A stretch of DNA of 32,000 nt from Nostoc punctiforme PCC 73102 (GTDB lineage: Bacteria; Cyanobacteriota; Cyanobacteriia; Cyanobacteriales; Nostocaceae): contig NC_010628.1 in assembly GCF_000020025.1 (NCBI RefSeq), positions 570,001-602,000 of the forward strand, in the 5' to 3' direction. Below, in pieces: positions 24,689 through 32,000 of this stretch (positions are counted from its first letter, which is position 1; each line of letters opens with the position of its first letter). The notes under the pieces were generated by a model. That model was given only the letters and a program-made list of their open reading frames with translations, was not told the DNA's origin and searched no databases. A program made the translations under genes and the position numbers.

Positions 24689-25084
24689 ATGAAAAAACCA
24701 TTTTTACAAATTCCTAGACTATTTGTAGCTACCCTGGCAGGAATTAGCTTTGCTTCCTTGCTCATGGCTCAACCGAGCTCGGCTCAAGTCAGCAGCCCTG
24801 CCGATGCTTTTCCTAGTAATAGTACAACAGACCAAAATACCGATCCCTTCGCCCGCTCAAACTCAGACAATTTCAATATGTTTGACCTGATTCATCGGGC
24901 GAATTTCGGGACTCTCAACTGGAATTCTGACCAACAAAACGAACAATTAGACTCAGCCGCAGCAGCCTTTAAAGCAAGGCAACAAAAACGAATTCAACAA
25001 GGAGGTCAACCACAACAAGCAACCCCCGCTTCGCCATCGGTTACGCAGCCATCGTTTACACTGCCATTACCGTCAGGTAACTGA
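24689..25084 (+). CDS. Secreted hypothetical protein, Gln/Ser-rich
   Basis: The N-terminal signal peptide ends in ...SSAQV. The mature part is low complexity. No family recognised. Confidence 0.55.
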   Translation: MKKPFLQIPRLFVATLAGISFASLLMAQPSSAQVSSPADAFPSNSTTDQNTDPFARSNSDNFNMFDLIHRANFGTLNWNSDQQNEQLDSAAAAFKARQQKRIQQGGQPQQATPASPSVTQPSFTLPLPSGN

Positions 25085-25282
25085 AGTCAAACAAAGAACC
25101 CCAAGCCTCTAATACTTTGTCAGCTAGTTTTGTGGGTTTGTAGTCAGCACTTTAATGCTTAGAAAATAAGTACTAAAGTCCTTACTAGATACAAACTTGT
25201 TGAACCATCAATTTAAACTTGACAGACTATTAGGACTTGGGGTTGAGACGATTAAAAAATCCTTAGTTATTGGGGTAAAAAA

Positions 25283-25720
25283 CTACAGCCCAAGTGCCGC
25301 TAAAATATCGCTAGCATGGGTGGTAGTATTTACAGCATTGTCAACATGAGTAATTTTACCGTTGGGGTCAATTACGTAAGTGACGCGCTTGGCATAACCA
25401 CCGCCATCCACATCGAAAGCTGTGATGAGGGATTTGTCGTAATCAGCCAGTAGGGGAAAATTCAAATTATATTTTTGGGTGAATGCTTGATGAGAGACTT
25501 CATCATCAGCACTGACTCCCAACACTACAATATCTTTACCTTGATATTCAGATTGGGCATCCCGAAAACTACAGGCTTGTTTGGTGCAGCCTGGCGTGTC
25601 ATCTTTGGGGTAAAAATACAAAACTACGGTCTTTCCAGCAAAGTCAGATAACGATACTGTGTTGCCGTTTGTATCTTTGGCGGTAAATGCAGGTGCATCC
25701 GTACCAACTGCTAGAGGCAT
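25283..25720 (-). CDS. bcp: Peroxiredoxin, Bcp/PrxQ type
   Basis: VVLYFYPKDDTPGCTKQACSFRD contains the peroxidatic Cys motif (P-x-x-x-T-x-x-C) and the nearby resolving Cys of the Bcp/PrxQ type. Confidence 0.85.
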   Translation of the reverse strand: MPLAVGTDAPAFTAKDTNGNTVSLSDFAGKTVVLYFYPKDDTPGCTKQACSFRDAQSEYQGKDIVVLGVSADDEVSHQAFTQKYNLNFPLLADYDKSLITAFDVDGGGYAKRVTYVIDPNGKITHVDNAVNTTTHASDILAALGL

Positions 25721-25913
25721 AATTAACCTTTCCTGTTTCAGATTGTTGGTGCACTTGAAATTTTACATTAATTTATAATCATTAAATATAATTACTAAAA
25801 AATAGCATAACTATACTTCAGGTAACTAATTTTGCTTAAATGAGGTATATAGTACAAGAAAAAATATATTCTTGAATTAATCTTTTTAAGAAGAAAATTT
25901 CTCCCCCTACAAA

Positions 25914-26318
25914 ATGGCTGCTGCTGATTCCCAAAACCCAAATATTTTTGTCTATCCTCAAAGCACAGTAAAAAGAGCCGAGCGATCGCTAGTGTGTTCG
26001 CCCTTCAATTTATCTTTATTTGAAGTCATGGGACACCAGAGTGTTTCAGTAACTGCGATCGCTCTGGAAAATGGACTCAAACAGGGCTATACCAAGCGCC
26101 CTTTATCAGAATTAGCCTGTGATAACGCCTTGGGCTGGCTAATCCAAGTGGGTGTATTGCGGCGAGAAGTCGATGGACAGGGAATTACAGATAGTTTTCG
26201 GCTCACTCCCTTGGGTCGCCAGATGGTTGAACAATACCACGGAAAAAACTGGCGGACACCTTCATGGCGCGATCGCTTATTCGATGCTGTGATTCGTTGG
26301 TTACGGATACCCTTTTAG
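25914..26318 (+). CDS. Hypothetical protein
   Basis: 134-aa ORF with protein-like composition. No motif I can name with confidence. Confidence 0.5.
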   Translation: MAAADSQNPNIFVYPQSTVKRAERSLVCSPFNLSLFEVMGHQSVSVTAIALENGLKQGYTKRPLSELACDNALGWLIQVGVLRREVDGQGITDSFRLTPLGRQMVEQYHGKNWRTPSWRDRLFDAVIRWLRIPF

Positions 26319-26551
26319 AATAAAAAACCAAAGAGTTAGCATTAGGCAATCAAAGGGAATAATATATACGGAAACATCACATTTATTCATGAAGTCTTTA
26401 CCGTAATCATCTAATTGAAATTTGTGATGCTAATGGTGGGTGTGGGGTATGGTGTATTATTTCTTCCCCTACTCCCTCATGTCTTCCTGCTCGCTTATTG
26501 TTCGCTCCTAAAAATTCACTCTGTATCTTGAAAAACTAACTAATAGCAACT

Positions 26552-28036
26552 ATGAAATCAATTATGGTGGTGGGGACAACATCCCACGCAGGGAAATCAC
26601 TTTTAACCACAGCTATTTGTCGCATTCTGTCGCGGCGTGGCTGGCGAGTGGCTCCCTTTAAAGGTCAAAATATGGCTTTAAATGCTTATGTTACTGCCAG
26701 TGGTGGAGAAATTGGCTATGCCCAAGCAGTGCAAGCTTGGGCTGCGGGAGTCGTGCCTTGGGTAGAAATGAACCCAATTTTACTCAAACCTCAAGGGGAT
26801 ATGACTTCTCAAGTAATTATCAAAGGTAGGTCTGTAGGGAAAGTAAGTGCCTCAGATTACTACGAGCAATATTTTGAACTGGGGTGGCGGACAATTGAAG
26901 AATCGCTACAACATTTAGGAACAGAATTTGACTTATTGGTTTGTGAAGGTGCCGGTAGTCCAGCAGAGATTAACCTCAAGCACCGCGATTTAACTAATAT
27001 GCGAGTGGCAAAATATTTGAATGCACCAACAATGTTAGTAGTTGATATCGATCGGGGTGGTGCTTTTGCCCATGTGGTAGGAACCTTAGAGTTATTGGAA
27101 CCAGATGAACGCGCTCTAATTAAGGGTGTAGTAATTAACAAATTTCGAGGACAGCGATCGCTCTTAGATCCGGGGATAAAATGGTTAGAAGAACGCACAG
27201 GTATTCCTGTTATCGGTGTTATACCCTACCTGCAAGAAGTGTTTTCAACCGAAGACTCCCTGGATTTGCTAGAACGTCAATCGTCGTCAAGTAAAGCCCA
27301 AACAGACCTCAACATTGCCGTTATCCGCTTACCCAGAATTGCCAATTTCACCGATTTCGACCCCCTGGAATCAGAAAGCACAGTTTCAGTGAAATACTTA
27401 AGCCCTAAGCAAGATTTAGGACATCCTGATGCCGTAATTATCCCAGGCACAAAGACCACAATTGCTGATTTACTACTGCTGCAAAAAAGCGGTATGGCAG
27501 AAGCTATTCAACACTATGCTGCCTCTGGCGGAACCGTTTTAGGTATCTGCGGTGGCTATCAGATGCTCGGTCAAATCATCGCCGATCCAGAAGGAATAGA
27601 AGGACAAGCTGGCAGATTTCAAGGGTTAAATCTTTTACCAATTAGAACCGTAATTACCGGACAAAAAATCGCCCGGCAGCGCCAAGTTAGCTCAAATTAT
27701 CCACAACAGGGCTTGCCAGTCAATGGCTTTGAAATTCACCAAGGGCGATCGCGCATCGAGCAGCAAGGGATAGATCCTCAATCCTACCATGCCCTATTTG
27801 ACGATATTAATTTAGGATTAGTGGATAGTTGTCAATCGGTGTGGGGAAGTTACCTCCACGGGCTTTTTGATAACGGCCCTTGGCGACGCGCTTGGTTAAA
27901 TCGCCTCCGTCAACAGCGCGGTTTAAAATCTTTGCCTACTGGTGTTGCTAACTACCGAGAACAGCGAGAGCAGATTTTGGATTCCTTAGCCACTGAAGTA
28001 GAAAGCCATTTAGACTTAACTCCATTTTTGTCTTAA
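26552..28036 (+). CDS. cobQ: Cobyric acid synthase
   Basis: The N-terminus is IMVVGTTSHAGKSLLTTAICRIL. The C-terminal glutamine amidotransferase-like domain has GICGGYQMLG and LHGLF. Confidence 0.9.
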   Translation: MKSIMVVGTTSHAGKSLLTTAICRILSRRGWRVAPFKGQNMALNAYVTASGGEIGYAQAVQAWAAGVVPWVEMNPILLKPQGDMTSQVIIKGRSVGKVSASDYYEQYFELGWRTIEESLQHLGTEFDLLVCEGAGSPAEINLKHRDLTNMRVAKYLNAPTMLVVDIDRGGAFAHVVGTLELLEPDERALIKGVVINKFRGQRSLLDPGIKWLEERTGIPVIGVIPYLQEVFSTEDSLDLLERQSSSSKAQTDLNIAVIRLPRIANFTDFDPLESESTVSVKYLSPKQDLGHPDAVIIPGTKTTIADLLLLQKSGMAEAIQHYAASGGTVLGICGGYQMLGQIIADPEGIEGQAGRFQGLNLLPIRTVITGQKIARQRQVSSNYPQQGLPVNGFEIHQGRSRIEQQGIDPQSYHALFDDINLGLVDSCQSVWGSYLHGLFDNGPWRRAWLNRLRQQRGLKSLPTGVANYREQREQILDSLATEVESHLDLTPFLS

Positions 28037-28257
28037 ACTGATACCATTTTTAATTTTAGATTTTGGATTGAAAATAGCTTTCTAAATCTAGGTGTAGTGA
28101 ATTCATCTGTCACAATCATGTTTGAAATTACTGTAAGTTGCATAAAAGAAATTGCACTTTTTTTCGTTAAGATGGTTATCTGTCATTTGTAAAGACAAAA
28201 GGCAAATGACAAATAACAACCCTTACGAATCAATTTCAAATCAAAAGCGTAAGATTC

Positions 28258-28494
28258 ATGATTGTTCGTGTCCACTTTTTACCAGATGATGTGACGGTAG
28301 ATGCCGAAGTGGGAGAAGCCATTTTGGATGTAGCAGACCGGGCTGGAGTATTTATTCCCACCGGTTGTCTAATGGGGTCTTGTCACGCTTGCACCGTCGA
28401 ATTAGAGGATGGAGAGATCATCCGCGCTTGTATCACCGCAGTACCGACACGCGAGAAATTGACGATTAATTTGTTTAGCGATCCCACTTGGTAA
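28258..28494 (+). CDS. 2Fe-2S ferredoxin-like protein
   Basis: 78 aa with the Cys pattern TGCLMGSCHACT...RAC, typical of plant-type 2Fe-2S cluster ligands. Confidence 0.7.
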   Translation: MIVRVHFLPDDVTVDAEVGEAILDVADRAGVFIPTGCLMGSCHACTVELEDGEIIRACITAVPTREKLTINLFSDPTW

Positions 28495-28623
28495 TTTTTT
28501 AACCCTCTAAGTTCAGAAGGTCAGATAAAAAAGTAGAGAAGAAATTTACTAGGTCGTAAATAATGTTGCACAATATGAGCGATCGCACATATTGTTCCCT
28601 ACTGCGTGTTTTTACTATCTATA

Positions 28624-29067
28624 TCAATTAGCTTTAACATTGAGCGCATACTCTTTAAACCTTTCCAAATCAGCTTGAATCGTCGATTCAACTATCCGTC
28701 CCAAAAACAAGTTATCCATGATTTTGCCAATCATGCCGGGGATAGCATAGGAAATACTCATTTTAACAATGCTACTATTGTGGCGATCGTAAAAGCGAAT
28801 CGCTCCCTGATTAGGCAAACCATCAATCGATTCCCATTGGATAATTTGGTTGGGAATAACTTTGAGAATTCGGGATTGCCAATTAAATTCTAGACTGCCG
28901 GTTTTTAATTTCCAAAGGGATATATCTGGATTATCTGGCGGAATTTTCACCGAATCAATCCACTTCATCCACCGGGGCATTTGCTCCAAATCAGACCAGA
29001 GGCTCCATACTAAATCTATGGGGGCCTCTACTTCTACCTGCACAGTATGCTCTAACCAATCTGACAT
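28624..29067 (-). CDS. SRPBCC (START/cyclase-dehydrase-like) family protein
   Basis: The N-terminus VEVEAPIDLVWSLWSDLEQMPRWMKW is characteristic of polyketide_cyc2/SRPBCC proteins. 147 aa. Confidence 0.7.
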   Translation of the reverse strand: MSDWLEHTVQVEVEAPIDLVWSLWSDLEQMPRWMKWIDSVKIPPDNPDISLWKLKTGSLEFNWQSRILKVIPNQIIQWESIDGLPNQGAIRFYDRHNSSIVKMSISYAIPGMIGKIMDNLFLGRIVESTIQADLERFKEYALNVKAN

Positions 29068-29096
29068 TTCTCTTCTTCTTCCTTTGCGTTCTTCCC

Positions 29097-29112
29097 TACG
29101 AGACGCTACGCG
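29097..29112. repeat. Copy of the dispersed repeat core TACGAGACGCTACGCG
   Basis: Exact 16-mer shared with 11765-11780. It is embedded in a ~90-nt GC-rich element between two minus-strand genes. Confidence 0.7.
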
Positions 29113-29179
29113 TAGCTTGCTTCTCTGTAGGAGTATGCGTCCTTGGCGGTAGCCTGCGGCAAGCCACTGCGTGTCTACG

Positions 29180-30619
29180 TTATCTCTTCAAACTCTCCAA
29201 AATCACTTTTGCCGCCCGCCGTCCAGAAATAGTAGCACCTTCCATGCTGTCAATATAATCTTGCTGAGTATAGCTCCCTGCAAGGAAGAAATTATCTACT
29301 GGTGTTTTTTGGTTGGGACGATATGCATCCATCCCTGGCGCTTCTCGGTAGAGAGACTGAGCAAGTTTTACTACACTATACCAAGTCATATTTAGCTCCC
29401 GCGACGAAGGAAACAGTTCATGGACTTGCTTGAGGACATGCTGTGCGATCGCTTCATTACCCTGTGCAATAAACGGATCTCCCGGTGTCAGCACTAGTTG
29501 TAACAAAGATCCCTGTCCTGGGCGATAATAATCAGCAGGGCTAGTTAACGCTAAATCCGCAAAACACGAAAAATCAGCATCGGCTGTGTACAGTAAATTA
29601 TCAATTCCAGCCGCGTGATTTAGCTGTTTACGTTGCTCTTTATCGTTGAGTTCTGTTACCCAACCATCGAAGCGTAACTGCACTGTAGCCACTGGTACTG
29701 CATCCAGTTTGTAAATATTGTCAAATTCTGACCACTTACGCCATTCCTGGGGTAGGATACGTTGAATTCCTGGAACATCACAGGCAAAAACGTAAGCATC
29801 AGCAGTAATCGTTTCGACTGCATCACCTTGGGCAACTGCTATACCAGTGACACGGGTTTGTTCGTTTGACTCTATAAACTGAATTTCTCGCACTTGCCGA
29901 CGCGTATAAACTTTAGTGCCTCTGGCTTCTAAATATTCCAAAATGGGCTTGTGCAAATATTCAGATGGAGAACCTTCCAGCATTCGCAAAACTGAAGCTT
30001 CAGTTCTGACCGCAAATAACTGAAATATGGTTAACATACAACGGGCAGACATATTTTCACAATCAATAAATCCCAGAGCGTAAGCAATAGGGTTCCATAA
30101 CCGCTTAATGCTGCCATTACTCCCACCATGACTGCGAAACCAATCGGCAAAGCTAATTTTATCTAAGTTGCGGATGGTTTTCATCGCCCCGTTAAAGTCT
30201 ACCAATCCGCGAACTATTGGACTAGTACCCAAAGCGATCGCATTTTGCAATTTATCCTGCAACGATAGTTGAGAAGTCGTGAAAAATGCCTTTAAGCCAT
30301 TGAAAGGTGCACCTGTAAAGAAGCGAAAATCCAAACCACCAGTGCGTCCCCCTTTATTAATAAAAGTGTGGGTATGTTCCTTGAGGCGTAAGTTCTCTAA
30401 CACCCCCACTTTCTTCATCAAGTCAAATAGTTGGTAGTAGCACCCGAAAAAAACATGCAACCCCATTTCTAGATGGTTGCCATCTCCATCAACCCAACTG
30501 CCGACTTTACCACCCACAAACGGACGAGACTCAAAAATCTCTATTTCACAACCAGCATCAGCTAGATCTACTGCGGTTGCTAGTCCAGCAAGTCCCGCAC
30601 CTACGATTGCAACACGCAT
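29180..30619 (-). CDS. crtQ: Zeta-carotene desaturase (ZDS)
   Basis: The N-terminus [61 protein letters not shown] is the FAD-binding dinucleotide fold plus a ZDS-type continuation, rather than the PDS type (GGKVAAW...HIFFGAY). 479 aa. Confidence 0.85.
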   Translation of the reverse strand: MRVAIVGAGLAGLATAVDLADAGCEIEIFESRPFVGGKVGSWVDGDGNHLEMGLHVFFGCYYQLFDLMKKVGVLENLRLKEHTHTFINKGGRTGGLDFRFFTGAPFNGLKAFFTTSQLSLQDKLQNAIALGTSPIVRGLVDFNGAMKTIRNLDKISFADWFRSHGGSNGSIKRLWNPIAYALGFIDCENMSARCMLTIFQLFAVRTEASVLRMLEGSPSEYLHKPILEYLEARGTKVYTRRQVREIQFIESNEQTRVTGIAVAQGDAVETITADAYVFACDVPGIQRILPQEWRKWSEFDNIYKLDAVPVATVQLRFDGWVTELNDKEQRKQLNHAAGIDNLLYTADADFSCFADLALTSPADYYRPGQGSLLQLVLTPGDPFIAQGNEAIAQHVLKQVHELFPSSRELNMTWYSVVKLAQSLYREAPGMDAYRPNQKTPVDNFFLAGSYTQQDYIDSMEGATISGRRAAKVILESLKR

Positions 30620-30766
30620 TCCGTCGTTCCTTTTCAGTTTCTTTACAGATTGTAACTGGGTTGGTGTCGGAATTTGCTACTCAATATCAACTCTACCAGC
30701 ATATTAAGGCAAGCAATGTAGATACTAAAACCTCTTTAATTACTTATTTTAGTCCCCGGAATTGAC

Positions 30767-30789
30767 CAGACGCGAGCAAAACGCGTCTG
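30767..30789 (-). terminator. CAGACGCG..CGCGTCTG hairpin between the RHH gene and crtQ
   Basis: Perfect 8-bp stem with a 7-nt loop and no clear U-run. Member of the GAGACG/CGTCTC hairpin family. Confidence 0.4.
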
Positions 30790-30893
30790 TATCAGCTAGA
30801 CAAATTATTGTCCATTGCGGCACACCCAAAAAAGTATCAGAGCTATTTTGTTGGTGGCAAAGCAGTTATCTAGTAAGTAGTGAAAGTATGTTC

Positions 30894-31064
30894 TTACTTG
30901 TTTATATCTTTGCCATCGTCGGAGACAGGCAAACTTCTAATCAGTTCGCGAATCACATCAGTTGCGGGTCTACCTGTTTGTTGGCAATATTTTTCTAGTT
31001 TTTCCGCTTCCTGCGTTGCGAGATTAACTGTTATGCGTTTAACGGCCCATTTTTTATTTGTCAT
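30894..31064 (-). CDS. Ribbon-helix-helix (CopG/Arc-like) small DNA-binding protein, 56 aa
   Basis: Not in the ORF track because it is under 60 aa. The minus-strand translation is MTNKKWAVKRITVNLATQEAEKLEKYCQQTGRPATDVIRELIRSLPVSDDGKDINK*. It shows a beta-strand (KRITVNL) followed by two helices, the RHH layout. Confidence 0.6.
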   Translation of the reverse strand: MTNKKWAVKRITVNLATQEAEKLEKYCQQTGRPATDVIRELIRSLPVSDDGKDINK

Positions 31065-32000
31065 TATCATGCTATCTGCTGTATATCTAGATTGTCGAAA
31101 GAGTCTAAATTAAAGAGGGAACCGATAAGATTATCAGAATTTGTCTCAGGAAACAAGTAATACCATTAATATTAAAAATTGTCGTTTTGTCAAAGGATTC
31201 ATAATTTTCTAAAGAAATCAAAAAACTACACTTTATTTGTTACTATTTTGACAGCAAAAACAGCACATAGTTCCTTCTGAGGAGAATAATCCTACTAACA
31301 GCATCAGTAAAGCCTGGCAATGAACTTCTATAAATGAATTTGAGATAGAGAATGTTGACTCAATCAAGATTTGCAAAATTATTCTCTATCGAAATAATTT
31401 GACCTTATATCTTAACCAAGTTTGCCAAACCCACTTGATGAGAACATCTGGTATAACAGATGAAAATAAAGCTTTAGAATCATTGTCAGGCTGAAATTGT
31501 GTTTTACAGGCGGCTTAAGGCGAGATATACAGCTCCAAAACAATCACTTAAAAGTAGGCAAATAAGCGATCACTCTATAGCAAACATCCATCTGTAACCA
31601 ATAAGCTAAGAGCGACTTAAACGGTTAAGGTTTTTGGCTTACTGCAATTAAACTGATTACTTTACCGTGCTAATGTTGTAGTCATCAACAAGGGTATAAG
31701 ATTCAGCTCATGGGTATAAAAAACCAAATATTTTGGTAAATCTTACAGAATTACCTGTAATTTCACCCAGAAAAATTAACCAAGAATAGACGTGCTGTTA
31801 CTTGACTGCCGCCGATAATAATATTTTAGTTTTGTTTCATGTTTTTACACTAAGTGCCCGGAAATATATGATGAAATCTTAGATATTTTTTCTCTTCCCC
31901 CTAGCGATATAATTTGTTTGAAAGCCAGTATTGTTTCAATTCCTCGTATTCACCTATTTGAGGTTACGAGAATTATTTTTAGCCAATTAATACGCTAAAA

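Noticed and set aside
26340-26551. Possible cobalamin riboswitch upstream of cobQ
   Set aside because: I looked for a B12-box-like core (GCCACTG-type) and the usual conserved GGGAA/GGTG stems. I could not find a convincing match by eye, and a covariance-model search would be needed to decide.
30762-31113. Two plus-strand ORFs of 78 and 77 aa
   Set aside because: Both are hydrophobic, low-complexity antisense shadows of the 56-aa RHH gene, which has a much more protein-like sequence and a clean fold pattern.

Overview
This looks like a chromosomal segment from a filamentous Nostoc/Anabaena-type cyanobacterium. That is inferred from about 29 exact copies of the HIP1 octamer GCGATCGC (counted by eye), heptameric STRR arrays, GAGACG..CGTCTC hairpins and gene content. 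No database search was possible, so every product call rests on motifs I recognise in the translations. Most of the window is housekeeping: uvrB (5' end), a CsbD-like gene, a histidine phosphatase, an AstE/AspA-like gene, pfkA, era, a NarL-type response regulator, two tandem TspO-like genes, a VanX/DdpX dipeptidase, a PLP-dependent decarboxylase, an ABC-2 exporter pair, Bcp/PrxQ, cobQ, a 2Fe-2S ferredoxin-like gene, an SRPBCC gene and zeta-carotene desaturase. The part worth attention is a minus-strand accessory island at about 3.76-11.64 kb with no HIP1 inside its coding sequences. It holds a roughly 1180-aa CHAT protease / NB-ARC-type STAND ATPase / TPR gene (a bacterial NLR-like architecture). 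That gene's TPR sensor is built from near-identical 120-bp units whose only differences are nonsynonymous changes at a few codons. Its last 52 codons have been cut off by an IS5/Harbinger-like insertion that can be reconstructed in frame. The island also contains a 21-nt tandem array, a truncated antitoxin paralogue, an intact antitoxin/PIN (VapC-like) pair, and an ISL3 element with a perfect 8-bp target duplication. That ISL3 element split what was a tight antitoxin-PIN-orf145 cassette. The CHAT-STAND-TPR class is already known from comparative genomics, so I do not claim a new system, but this locus is a good candidate conflict or cell-death module. Elsewhere I note three tandem arrays with 21/42/41-nt periods, STRR-built hairpins, a dispersed-repeat copy inserted in frame in the decarboxylase gene, an unlisted 56-aa RHH gene and a ~0.9-kb ORF-free tail. 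I saw no rRNA, tRNA or CRISPR array.
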